Position numbers and translations under genes: made by a program. A stretch of DNA of 24,375 nucleotides from a virus (Duplodnaviria; Heunggongvirae; Uroviricota; Caudoviricetes), in the IMG/VR virus record IMGVR_UViG_3300039008_000325, positions 113,372 to 137,746 of that record; one strand, 5' to 3'. The notes below the pieces were generated by a model. It was not told where the DNA came from. It saw only the letters and a program-made list of their open reading frames with translations, and searched no databases. This document shows, one piece after another, positions 1 through 9,049 of the stretch (positions are counted from its first letter, which is position 1; each line of letters begins with the position of its first letter).

Positions 1-2
1 CG

Positions 3-1088
3 TTTAATCTTACAACACACATTCCAAGTGGAGCAAATTGGTTTTTAAGAATTAGAGAAGCTACAAACGGAACAAGCCCTAATCAATATGTAAAAATTGG
101 TAGAGTGATTGGTCACACAGATTTAAAGAATCTAAACTTTACTTCAGCTTATTCAAGTATTAAAGATATATTTGATGGAGAACAAAGTAATTCTAGAACA
201 ATTGAATTAGATACAGCAATTCCAGTAAATGCTAAATATTTCTTAAAAGTAAATAGTACGTTTAATAATGCTGGTTTTGATAGATTGGGGTTAGCTGGAA
301 TGATAGCGAAACCTGATTTTGATAGTTATACAACAACAAGTCACTTAACTGTTGCTGATGCTGGATTTACATCATTAGGTGAAGAAAAAACTTTTGAATT
401 AGATACACCTATTGATGCTAATAAAGAAATGTTTATTAAATTTACAGATTATAAAGCTGCTGATAGTACTACAATGAGATATCCTGCTGCATCAATTGCT
501 GATATTAATTTCATTTCTGAAAATTATCAATTAATACCAGAATTAGATAATACAACTAAAGCTTATATCGTGTCTAATGGTAGTGAAAGAGATATATTAG
601 TAACTAATGATATTGATAAAACTATAAATGGTTCAATGTCACCAGCTAATATTTACACTACATATCAAGATATTGGTGCATTTATTACTGATAATAATAG
701 TGATATTAGAGAGTATAGAACTAGAGTAACAGATTATAATAGTGTATTAACTAACTTAATGACAGCTATTAGACAAACATTTGGTTCATCAGCTGGGACA
801 CTTACTGTTGATGCTATTGCACCTTTAGGTACGCAAGAAATAGTTACAGCTAACTGTTCTTACAATAGGTCTTCTGATAAAACTTATAGATTAATTAATA
901 ATGATGGTTCTATTGAAAATGAATTAACTGCATATATGCATATAGATGATTCTGGTAATCATACATTAGCAAGCACTTTACAAGGTAATGTTTTAACTGG
1001 TGAAGATGGTACATATCAATTTTATGCAGAAGAAAATAGAGCTAGTAAAAATAGTATAACAGCATCTGGATGGATTTATAGGAGATAA
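3..1088 (+). CDS. Virion structural / tail-fibre-like protein, 5'-truncated by the window edge
   Basis: The frame of the 105..1088 ORF is open back to base 3 (FNLTTHIPSGANWFLRIRE...), so the start lies upstream. Three degenerate repeats about 60 aa apart: FNLTTHIPSGANWFLRI / IELDTAIPVNAKYFLKV / FELDTPIDANKEMFIKF. Thr/Asn/Asp-rich, and followed by a fibre-chaperone-like ORF. Confidence 0.6.
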   Translation, partial: FNLTTHIPSGANWFLRIREATNGTSPNQYVKIGRVIGHTDLKNLNFTSAYSSIKDIFDGEQSNSRTIELDTAIPVNAKYFLKVNSTFNNAGFDRLGLAGMIAKPDFDSYTTTSHLTVADAGFTSLGEEKTFELDTPIDANKEMFIKFTDYKAADSTTMRYPAASIADINFISENYQLIPELDNTTKAYIVSNGSERDILVTNDIDKTINGSMSPANIYTTYQDIGAFITDNNSDIREYRTRVTDYNSVLTNLMTAIRQTFGSSAGTLTVDAIAPLGTQEIVTANCSYNRSSDKTYRLINNDGSIENELTAYMHIDDSGNHTLASTLQGNVLTGEDGTYQFYAEENRASKNSITASGWIYRR

Positions 1089-1090
1089 AA

Positions 1091-1312
1091 ATGGCAGAAG
1101 TAAAAACACACAAAATAGGTAAAAAATGGGTAACTGATTCCGAATATAATAAATATTTGGAATCACTACAACCTGAAAAAACTTATATTGATTTAAGAAA
1201 AGAAGCTTATGGTACAGTTGAACAACAAATTGAATTTATAACTGAACATGGCTTAACAGCTTGGAAATCAAAAGTATCGGAAATTAAGAAGCAATATCCT
1301 AAGCCTGAATAG
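1091..1312 (+). CDS. Tail-fibre assembly chaperone-like small protein (73 aa)
   Basis: C-terminal pattern Y.DLRKEAYGTVEQQIEFI..HG...W...V..IK.QYPKP resembles small proteins that commonly follow phage fibre genes. Recognised from memory. Confidence 0.55.
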   Translation: MAEVKTHKIGKKWVTDSEYNKYLESLQPEKTYIDLRKEAYGTVEQQIEFITEHGLTAWKSKVSEIKKQYPKPE

Positions 1313-1315
1313 ATA

Positions 1316-1333
1316 ATTATAAATAATTATATA
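1316..1333 (+). promoter_or_regulatory. T4-type late promoter (TATAAATA core 1318-1325)
   Basis: ATTATAAATAATTATATA in an intergenic gap. The identical 18-mer occurs at 10177 and 12619, and a 1-mismatch copy at 7791. TATAAATA is the gp55-dependent late promoter of T4. Confidence 0.8.
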
Positions 1334-1357
1334 GATAATAATTTAAAAAGGTTAGAG

Positions 1358-1840
1358 ATGAGTCTTAATAAACGAATCAAATTAGATCAATTAAACACAG
1401 AAAATGTAACTGCTTTATATATCTCTTCTGATATCATAAGTGGTTACAACCCTGTGTCAAATAGTTATGATAATCATTATTTAAAATATAGTAATAATGT
1501 AAATAATAATATACAAGCCAAATATGGTATTGATGTTAGTAGTTTAACGGTAAAAGAAATTTTAGGAAACACAGGTGAAATTATAGTTGATTATAATGGA
1601 ACTGATGTTATTGCGTTATTAGTGTTTCCTGCTGAATACACTGTAGATAGAGTAAATCAAAATGGTGAAGGTATTTTTATTGATGGAGCTTCTGAGAGAA
1701 TAGGTTTATTTGCTGTAGACGCAAGCTCTTTTACAGAAGATAAAATTACAAATGATAGAAGAAGTTTAATATTAGATAATAGTGGTGAAGAAGTTATTGC
1801 AGAATTTCTTTACAGTTTATCTGGTAATATATTTGCATAA
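1358..1840 (+). CDS. Hypothetical protein, probably virion-associated (160 aa)
   Basis: ORF directly after a late promoter, with AAGG RBS. No recognised motif. Confidence 0.6.
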   Translation: MSLNKRIKLDQLNTENVTALYISSDIISGYNPVSNSYDNHYLKYSNNVNNNIQAKYGIDVSSLTVKEILGNTGEIIVDYNGTDVIALLVFPAEYTVDRVNQNGEGIFIDGASERIGLFAVDASSFTEDKITNDRRSLILDNSGEEVIAEFLYSLSGNIFA

Positions 1841-1851
1841 GGAAGAAAATT

Positions 1852-2328
1852 ATGGCAGGAATGATTTATGAATATGTAGGAGGTACCAAAACTGGTGGAG
1901 GTGGCGGTGGACTAACTGTTTATGACAGTTACTCTGATTTACCTGATCCAACAACAAGTTCTGGAGTCATGGCTTATACAGCAAATGATGATGGTGGTTA
2001 TTTTAGTTGGAAATCACTTAAAAGAGTTTGGGAATGGCCAAGAGGTATTTATATATCTAATGGAACCGAATGGAACTTATATACTCAACAAGTAAGATTA
2101 GCAGAAGATTCAGGTACATTAATTAATATAGCTAATTATAGTGAATGGTTAACAGTAAATGAAGATGTACAACAATATGCGATTAAACAATTTAATCAAG
2201 TTTTATACAGAAATAAAACAGGCGCTTATACATCAACTGAACCATTTGATGATACAGTAAATTGGGAAGTTGTTAGTTCTGGTGGTGGAATTTCATCTTT
2301 ACAGTTAAAACAGTTAATGTGTGGATAA
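1852..2328 (+). CDS. Fibre/adhesin-like protein with Gly linker and possible small carbohydrate-binding module
   Basis: GGGGGG linker, YISNGTEW motif typical of fibre repeats, and a C-terminal Y..K.G.Y...EP......W pattern reminiscent of CBM5/12-like modules. Confidence 0.45.
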   Translation: MAGMIYEYVGGTKTGGGGGGLTVYDSYSDLPDPTTSSGVMAYTANDDGGYFSWKSLKRVWEWPRGIYISNGTEWNLYTQQVRLAEDSGTLINIANYSEWLTVNEDVQQYAIKQFNQVLYRNKTGAYTSTEPFDDTVNWEVVSSGGGISSLQLKQLMCG

Positions 2329-2338
2329 GGATAATATA

Positions 2339-3046
2339 ATGGCACAAGTAAAAGAAAATCAAATTACAATTAATAATTATACATTTACACCAGGTGCTGC
2401 CGGTGTAGGTACAATAGTTTTTAATGATTACACTTCTATTGAGAAAGAAAGAATATGTTTTATTTCTAATTTAGAAAATGGAAATGAACAACCTATTTAT
2501 GCATTTGCAGAATCGGGTTATAATTGTACTGTAGCAGGTAATGTAATTACATTAGAAGTTGATACTACAGGAATGGCTAATAATCAATTAAGAATTAAAT
2601 ATATACAAGATGATGTATCTCAAGATGTAGACTTACAAGCAGAAAGAATAGTTAATTTAACACCTGAGTGGGCTAAATATACAGATCCAGAATCATTAAT
2701 TGATACGCAAGATCTTACAGATAATTTTGTAGATTTTGGTCCAGAAATTGATATGAGAGGTTATAATAGATTAGGTTTATTTATCATTGGTGATGTTAAT
2801 GATTCACAAAATGTAGATTTAAGAATATTAGCAAAACATGAGTTTAATGGTGTTGATGAATATTCTATTATTAATGATCTTGAAAATGGTGAAGTTAGAC
2901 TTTGGGATGATACTAGTAATGATATTAAGATATATAGAGAATTCGAAATAAATGGCGCACCAATTCTACAAATTCAAGCTAAAGCTGAAGTAGTTGGTAC
3001 AACACCAGGTGATTTATCATTAGATATAGTTAAATCAAGGGGGTAA
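2339..3046 (+). CDS. Virion structural protein (start probably ATG 2339, not GTG 2321)
   Basis: AAGGA RBS precedes ATG 2339. N-terminal NYTF...TI.F...ERI..I.N...IYAFA...ITL..DTT.M resembles a domain seen in myovirus structural proteins. Confidence 0.55.
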   Translation: MAQVKENQITINNYTFTPGAAGVGTIVFNDYTSIEKERICFISNLENGNEQPIYAFAESGYNCTVAGNVITLEVDTTGMANNQLRIKYIQDDVSQDVDLQAERIVNLTPEWAKYTDPESLIDTQDLTDNFVDFGPEIDMRGYNRLGLFIIGDVNDSQNVDLRILAKHEFNGVDEYSIINDLENGEVRLWDDTSNDIKIYREFEINGAPILQIQAKAEVVGTTPGDLSLDIVKSRG

Positions 3047-3047
3047 T

Positions 3048-4277
3048 ATGACAGGTTTTTTAAGAGGATTTCCATTTTTAAAATTTAATTTAAAAGGTGA
3101 TGATAAAGGTGTAATTGTCGAAGATGGTCAATTATCGGTTGGAACTGTTGATAAACCTCAAGAAACTGTTCTTGGTGGAGGTGATAGTGTTCCGGTTGAT
3201 ATGGCATTTCACTGTACGTTAGCAAATACAACTGGTTTAACAATCACGTCAGCAATTAATGTATCACAAATATTAAATTCAGATACAGGTTCTACAACCG
3301 GTTTATTCAATGGTGAAACTGTTGGTAATTATTTATTAGTAGGTTTTGATTATCCATTTGGTGGTGTTAAAGCTAAATATACTGATGGAGGAACTATTGA
3401 ACCTGCAAATATTCAAGCAGATTATTTACAAGATAATATACCAACATGGTTACCTGCTAGTGTTATGGCTACTGATGCTAATAATATTAATTCGACGGGT
3501 TCACAAAAAGGTTGGCAAATAGGAAGTACAGTTGATGGAAATGAGCAGTGGAGATTTGGATTTAATCCATTTGATTTACCAACTACATGGGATAAAGTTA
3601 CATTAAATATTAATGGAACTGATTATACAAAATACTGGGCTAGGTTTAGAATAACATCTACAATTACTAGTGATATGACACTAGAACAATTAAAGATTCA
3701 CACAAATAGATTTGAAGTAAATGCTGATGGAGCTACTGAGTATTTTGGAAGATCAAGATATTTAAGAACATTACAATCAGGTATTGATAAACTAGTAAAC
3801 AATACACAGTCAAGTCCAGCTAATCAAAATGTTACATATCAAACAGGTACAGTAGTAGCGAATTACACAGATAATCAATTTAATGCGAATGCTCTAGATA
3901 GTGCATTATTAGTACAAAATATTGAAGCAGGATTAGATACTTCAATACCGTTAGTATTAAGTATAAGTTATTACGTTGAAGGTGCAAATACAGGTGATAT
4001 GCAGTGGTTTGCAGATGTATTTCATGTAAATGATGGTTTTATATATGATGGTTCAGCAACACCTATAACGTTCGTAAAAACAGAACAAATAATAACACCG
4101 TCAAATTTAGAAAGAAGGACTGCAAATATACTAATAGATGTTAGCCAATTAACAGATGCTGATGCTATTTTAATTAACTTAAATAGAGACGGTCGTGCAA
4201 GTAACCCAAATGATACATTAGATGCTGCTTGTGTAGTTACTAACGTAAGATTATCTGGTTATTTTTGGAGACCATAA
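3048..4277 (+). CDS. Virion structural protein, beta-rich (409 aa)
   Basis: Long ORF in the late operon. YWARFRITS motif and a C-terminal beta-sandwich-like segment (INLNRDG...DTLDAACVVTNVRLSGY). Confidence 0.55.
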   Translation: MTGFLRGFPFLKFNLKGDDKGVIVEDGQLSVGTVDKPQETVLGGGDSVPVDMAFHCTLANTTGLTITSAINVSQILNSDTGSTTGLFNGETVGNYLLVGFDYPFGGVKAKYTDGGTIEPANIQADYLQDNIPTWLPASVMATDANNINSTGSQKGWQIGSTVDGNEQWRFGFNPFDLPTTWDKVTLNINGTDYTKYWARFRITSTITSDMTLEQLKIHTNRFEVNADGATEYFGRSRYLRTLQSGIDKLVNNTQSSPANQNVTYQTGTVVANYTDNQFNANALDSALLVQNIEAGLDTSIPLVLSISYYVEGANTGDMQWFADVFHVNDGFIYDGSATPITFVKTEQIITPSNLERRTANILIDVSQLTDADAILINLNRDGRASNPNDTLDAACVVTNVRLSGYFWRP

Positions 4278-4287
4278 AGGAAAAGAA

Positions 4288-4653
4288 ATGGAATTTATTG
4301 AAAAAGGTAAAAAAGCTTGTTGTAACTTAACAGCAGAAAAAGCACAAGATATTTATTCAAGAATGAAAACACATGGAAATGTAGATATAGCTTTTAAAGA
4401 AACTGATGATTATCATAATCGTGAATATAAACAAGTTGATAAAGAAGCTGATAGAATTAAATCTGAAGTATATTCTAATATGGTTACAGATAAACCTAGT
4501 ACAATTGAAGACTTAATTTCTTTAATTAGTTCTGATTTATTAGATGTACAAGAAGTGTGTGAAGATGTAGTAGCTTGGTATGGTGGTCGTGGATTTTCTG
4601 AACCTACAACATGGGAGGATTTTGTTGCTTCATTCGAAATAGGAGATATTTAG
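4288..4653 (+). CDS. Hypothetical protein (121 aa)
   Basis: ORF with AAGGA RBS, tightly packed in the operon. Confidence 0.6.
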   Translation: MEFIEKGKKACCNLTAEKAQDIYSRMKTHGNVDIAFKETDDYHNREYKQVDKEADRIKSEVYSNMVTDKPSTIEDLISLISSDLLDVQEVCEDVVAWYGGRGFSEPTTWEDFVASFEIGDI

Positions 4654-4654
4654 T

Positions 4655-6526
4655 ATGAGTAAAATATTTGACTTAGATTTAAGAAAAGGTAGTTTTGTAG
4701 AAGATATTAATAAATTTATATATAATCCTTCTTTTGGATTAAAATTTTCTAAAGGAAATAAAGGTATTTCAATTAGTGGAAATAACTCTACTCCAAATTA
4801 TCAAAATGCTAATTCTAATATTAGTTTATCAAATATGAATAAACATTTTGTTATGGAATTCTGCTATGACGGTAATTCAGGAATTAATGCTTGTCCATTT
4901 ATAATAGGTCAAGAAGGTGCAGGTAATACATATTTTTTCCCTTTTATAGTTAGTGCTAATAATATTTATATAGTATTAAGATATAATGGTACTTATATAG
5001 TAAATACTTCATTTCCTGTTGATTTTAAAGAAGAAAATCACGTAATATTTACTGCTAATTGCGAAACACAAAAATGGGAATTATTTTTTAACGGTGAAAA
5101 AATAATTAGTCAAGATTTTGTAAATCCTATAACAGATTTTACAGAATTTCAAAATAATTTACCATCATATTTACATGCACAAGGTAATACATCAAGACCA
5201 TTTAGAGGAAGAACATATTATATACGTTTTTATAATGAGTTATTAAGTCATAGAGAAAAATATAAACTGTATCAAGAGTTTTTAACATCTCAACCATTAG
5301 AAATTCAAAAGAAGAATTTCTCTTACCCTAAACCACCTTCTTTATTTAAAGAAGGTTTAATTGCCGCTTATAATATGATTCCTAGTTCAGAAAAAAAGCT
5401 AATTGATATTAGTGGTAATGAAAAAGATGGAGAAATAATTGATGGTATTGGTACTAAAGATGGTATGAAATTCAGAGATGGTTCACATGTAAAATTACCA
5501 CCCGTTATACTTAAATCTAAAAAACAAGTTATATTTATAAGATTTAAACTTAATTCTTTAGGTAGTAATCAAGGTATTTTATCATGTGGTAGTGTATTTA
5601 ATACAACTAGTCCATATTTACTGTTAACAAATAATTCAACAACTAATTTATCAATATATAATGAAACTACTAAATATTTTAATATAACAAATACATTAAC
5701 AACAAATACTGTATATGATGTTATACTTATAGATGATCCAATAAATTTAACTCAAGATATTTATTTTAATGGTAAGTTTATAGCTTCAAGAGCAATAGGT
5801 AATGTTTTAGGAACAAATGATTTCACATTTATAGGAACAGGATTTTTAGCTAATAATGATAACGAGATTTTAGATTTTAAAGTTCAAGATGATGTTACAG
5901 AGCAAGAAATTAAAGATTATCATAATCAATATGCTAATCAAATAACCTTTAAAGATGATTTTGAATATGAATATGCTGATGATACTAATCAAGTACCTAA
6001 AGAATGGTCAAAACATAGTGGAAATTTTGAAATTATAGAAGAAAATAATGAAAAATCACTACAATGTGTTAATGACGGTAGTATAGGATTTCAATCTAAA
6101 CAAGCATATGGTACTTGGGAATTTGATACTATTAAAGATTCAATAACAGCTTATAGCAATCATAGGTTTATAGCATCAAATATTGATGATTCATTAGCAA
6201 ATGTTGATTTTGTTTATACTTTAAATCTTTATAATGATAAAAGTATTAGATTATATTTAGTTGAAAATGGTGTAATTAGTAATTTAATTTTTTCTTCAGG
6301 TGCAAATTATTTTGATTTTGATACTAATTATAGAATTAAAATTACACGTGACATTGGTGGAGAATTTAAAGTTTATATAAAAGGTGGTTCTTTTGGTAAT
6401 AAATTTACATTAGTTGGTACTGGAGTTGATAATACACAAAAAGAATGTAATAATTTTTTTATTTTTAGGTTTAATGGTAATGATTCATTATCAAATATAG
6501 TTCTAAAGAAAGGAATTGAAGTATAA
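4655..6526 (+). CDS. LamG/concanavalin-A-like lectin multidomain protein (623 aa)
   Basis: Two LamG-like units (ENHVIFT...WELFFNGE...FRGRTYYIRFYNELLS; GLIAAYNM...DISGN..G...DIYFNGK...FIGTG) plus a C-terminal FKDDFE...QAYGTWEFD...KKGIEV domain. Confidence 0.75.
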   Translation: MSKIFDLDLRKGSFVEDINKFIYNPSFGLKFSKGNKGISISGNNSTPNYQNANSNISLSNMNKHFVMEFCYDGNSGINACPFIIGQEGAGNTYFFPFIVSANNIYIVLRYNGTYIVNTSFPVDFKEENHVIFTANCETQKWELFFNGEKIISQDFVNPITDFTEFQNNLPSYLHAQGNTSRPFRGRTYYIRFYNELLSHREKYKLYQEFLTSQPLEIQKKNFSYPKPPSLFKEGLIAAYNMIPSSEKKLIDISGNEKDGEIIDGIGTKDGMKFRDGSHVKLPPVILKSKKQVIFIRFKLNSLGSNQGILSCGSVFNTTSPYLLLTNNSTTNLSIYNETTKYFNITNTLTTNTVYDVILIDDPINLTQDIYFNGKFIASRAIGNVLGTNDFTFIGTGFLANNDNEILDFKVQDDVTEQEIKDYHNQYANQITFKDDFEYEYADDTNQVPKEWSKHSGNFEIIEENNEKSLQCVNDGSIGFQSKQAYGTWEFDTIKDSITAYSNHRFIASNIDDSLANVDFVYTLNLYNDKSIRLYLVENGVISNLIFSSGANYFDFDTNYRIKITRDIGGEFKVYIKGGSFGNKFTLVGTGVDNTQKECNNFFIFRFNGNDSLSNIVLKKGIEV

Positions 6527-7776
6527 TGATAAATTTAGCTAAAAGAAATTTTAATTACCCTAAACCAACATCTTTAGATAGAGATAAATTAGTTGCTGCT
6601 TATAATATGATTCCATCTAATAATATCTTAAAAGATATCTCTGGTAATAACAACAATGGTAATATTACTGGTAGTTTATCTACAAAAAACGGTATGAGAT
6701 TTAATGGTATCGATAACTATATAACTTGTCCAGATAATAATCTTCCAATAGGTTCATCTCCTAGAACATTTAATATTATATTTAAATCTTCACCTAATAT
6801 TACTGATTTATATAGATATGGTAATGAATCAAATGGTGAGAGAATGTCATTTACTATACGTGATGGATATATTTTATCAACAGTCTTTGGACACGCATTT
6901 GGATTTCCTTTTATTAATGATAATAAAATACATACACTTACAATTATTTTTCCTGAAGGTGAAACACTTAGTGATAAATTTATATTTTATTTTGATGGTG
7001 TAAAACAAACTCCACAGACTTTAGTTGGTACTGTACGACCTGTTAATACGGTTTTAACGGGTAATTCTTATATTGGTGCATATCCACCAGGTTCAGATTA
7101 TTCTGAAGTAGAAATTTATACTTTAGAGTATTATAATCGTGAATTAAAAGAGAATGAAATTGAAGAATTTCATAATAATTATGCAAAGCAAGTTTATTTT
7201 AAGGATGACTTTGAATATGATAATGCATCTCCATTAGGGTGGACTTCTAGTAGCGGCAACTTTATAGTAAAAAATGTAAATAATCAAAAAATGCTAACTT
7301 GTGAAGCATCAGGTAACATTAGATTTAACTGTGAACAAGCTTATGGTACATGGGAATTTGATTTTATATATAATAGTGGTAATTTCTTATTTGTAATTTT
7401 CTTTTTAGCAGATAAAATCACTGCTGTAGATAGTATTTCAAATGGATATAGGTTAGCAATTTATAGTGATGGAACACAATATTTAGATAAAGTGATTAAT
7501 AACATACCAACAACTCTATATACTACAGATACTAATACCTTTGAATCTGGTGAACATTACTCTTTTAAAGTTACAAGAGATTATAATAATGAATTTTCTT
7601 TCTATTATAAAAAGAAAGAAGAAAATAATTATATATTAATTCCAGTTTTAACAGGTTCAAACCCTTTAGTTGATTCAGATATTACATCTTCAAAATATTA
7701 TGAATGGCAAAGTCTAAAAATTGGTGATGGAGATTCTATAGGTAATTTAATATTTAAAAAGGGAATAGAAGTATAA
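6526..7776 (+). CDS. LamG/ConA-like lectin protein (416 aa), paralogue of the C-terminal two-thirds of 4655..6526
   Basis: Shared blocks in the same order: K.NF.YPKP.SL, AAYNMIPS, DISGN, FKDDFEY, QAYGTWEFD and terminal KKGIEV. Confidence 0.75.
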   Translation: MINLAKRNFNYPKPTSLDRDKLVAAYNMIPSNNILKDISGNNNNGNITGSLSTKNGMRFNGIDNYITCPDNNLPIGSSPRTFNIIFKSSPNITDLYRYGNESNGERMSFTIRDGYILSTVFGHAFGFPFINDNKIHTLTIIFPEGETLSDKFIFYFDGVKQTPQTLVGTVRPVNTVLTGNSYIGAYPPGSDYSEVEIYTLEYYNRELKENEIEEFHNNYAKQVYFKDDFEYDNASPLGWTSSSGNFIVKNVNNQKMLTCEASGNIRFNCEQAYGTWEFDFIYNSGNFLFVIFFLADKITAVDSISNGYRLAIYSDGTQYLDKVINNIPTTLYTTDTNTFESGEHYSFKVTRDYNNEFSFYYKKKEENNYILIPVLTGSNPLVDSDITSSKYYEWQSLKIGDGDSIGNLIFKKGIEV

Positions 7777-7790
7777 TTTTTAACATAAAA

Positions 7791-7808
7791 ATTATAAATA
7801 ATAATATA
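7791..7808 (+). promoter_or_regulatory. T4-type late promoter (TATAAATA core 7793-7800)
   Basis: ATTATAAATAATAATATA, intergenic, one mismatch to the 18-mer at 1316/10177/12619. Confidence 0.75.
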
Positions 7809-7822
7809 AGAAGATAAAAGGA

Positions 7823-8107
7823 ATGATAATGCAACATTTAGATGGACAAATAGTTACACCAACATGGGCTGAAATTTCAGGTGTTTCAGGTGTAGTAGGA
7901 GAATTTAAAATTGGTAATGAAGGTAATAATATTATGTTTTTATCTGTATCTCCAACACAACCGGCTCAAGATTCACAAAAATTTGAAAAACTTTTTCAAC
8001 AATCATTTAAAATAGTAGAAAATGTTGCTGCGGATAATATTTGGATACGTTTAGCAGATTCTGCTGGTACACCAACTACTAGTCGTTTATCAATATTGGT
8101 TAAATAA
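7823..8107 (+). CDS. Small beta-rich hypothetical protein (94 aa)
   Basis: ORF after a late promoter with AAAGGA RBS. Confidence 0.6.
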   Translation: MIMQHLDGQIVTPTWAEISGVSGVVGEFKIGNEGNNIMFLSVSPTQPAQDSQKFEKLFQQSFKIVENVAADNIWIRLADSAGTPTTSRLSILVK

Positions 8108-8114
8108 GGTTGTT

Positions 8115-8390
8115 ATGTGTAAAATAAAAGATAAAATTAAATTTGGTCAATTAGATGAAGCAATGTTAATGATGGTTCATCTTATGACTGAATCAAATCG
8201 AAAAATTGAAGCTATTTATGATAATAATGTCAAGATAGAAAATAAAATAGAAAAAATAGTTACTAAAATTAGTGAAATTGAAGAAATTGCTACTGATATT
8301 GACAAAGCTGTTAAATTTAATCACACTAATTGTAACAAATGTATAAAGGAATCGACATGCAAGTTAACAGCCCTTCTTCCGAAAACCTAA
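8115..8390 (+). CDS. Coiled-coil hypothetical protein with Cys-rich tail (91 aa)
   Basis: Heptad-like I/V pattern (IENKIEKIVTKISEIEEI) and C-terminal HTNCNKCIKESTC. Confidence 0.55.
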   Translation: MCKIKDKIKFGQLDEAMLMMVHLMTESNRKIEAIYDNNVKIENKIEKIVTKISEIEEIATDIDKAVKFNHTNCNKCIKESTCKLTALLPKT

Positions 8391-8821
8391 TTATATTGGT
8401 AGAACAATATAAAACGATTTCAAAGAATGTTGATGCGATATTAAACAGCCAGGAAAAATATAGAGATAAATTATATGAGTTAGAAAAAAGTGAAGTTGCT
8501 TTAGAAAATTTAATAAGAAACTTTGAACAATTTAGAGGTCAATTTGACACACTAATAAGCTCTAAATCTTTCCCTTTACCTGGTTGTCATAATAATTATG
8601 ATGCACTAATAAGTGAAATTGAAAAAGTTAAAGCAAATATAAGAGAAGAAGTTAAATCAATTAACGATCATGCCAGTAAAAAATGGGATGCTCAACATAC
8701 ATCAAATGCTGATCAAGAAAAAAGAATTCAAAAAATAGAAGATTTGATTTCATTTATACAATATATTCTAGCACCTATCTATGGTGTTTTAATCTCAATA
8801 ATATTATATAAAATATTTTAA
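8357..8821 (+). CDS. Coiled-coil protein with C-terminal transmembrane anchor (start probably ATG 8357)
   Basis: AAGGA RBS 6 nt before ATG 8357. Long helical body and hydrophobic tail FIQYILAPIYGVLISIILYKIF. Confidence 0.6.
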   Translation: MQVNSPSSENLIILVEQYKTISKNVDAILNSQEKYRDKLYELEKSEVALENLIRNFEQFRGQFDTLISSKSFPLPGCHNNYDALISEIEKVKANIREEVKSINDHASKKWDAQHTSNADQEKRIQKIEDLISFIQYILAPIYGVLISIILYKIF

Positions 8822-8830
8822 GGAGTTATT

Positions 8831-9049
8831 ATGAAAGAATTTTTAGAAAAATTAATACGTGTAGATAACGAATATTGTGAGAAAACATTTGCAGGTATTA
8901 TTTTAATGATAGTTGGTACTATTACTATACTTACATGTGCTTGTTTAGGAGCTTCATTAGAAGCAGGTACAACTATAATGCAATTAGCATTAGGTTGTTT
9001 TGGTATATCTTCTGGACAAATTGTTTTATCAAATAAAAAGGATAAATAA
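8831..9049 (+). CDS. Small two-TM membrane protein, holin-like (72 aa)
   Basis: AAGGAG RBS, two hydrophobic segments and a basic C-terminus (NKKDK). Holin function is inferred from topology only. Confidence 0.45.
   Translation: MKEFLEKLIRVDNEYCEKTFAGIILMIVGTITILTCACLGASLEAGTTIMQLALGCFGISSGQIVLSNKKDK

Noticed and set aside
6818-7003. Alternative-frame 61-aa ORF within the LamG gene
   Set aside because: Fully nested in a well-supported CDS, with no RBS or recognisable features.
4655-7776. Possible diversity-generating retroelement target/template pair
   Set aside because: The two 3' ends differ at all base types and by indels rather than only at adenines, and there is no reverse transcriptase in the window.
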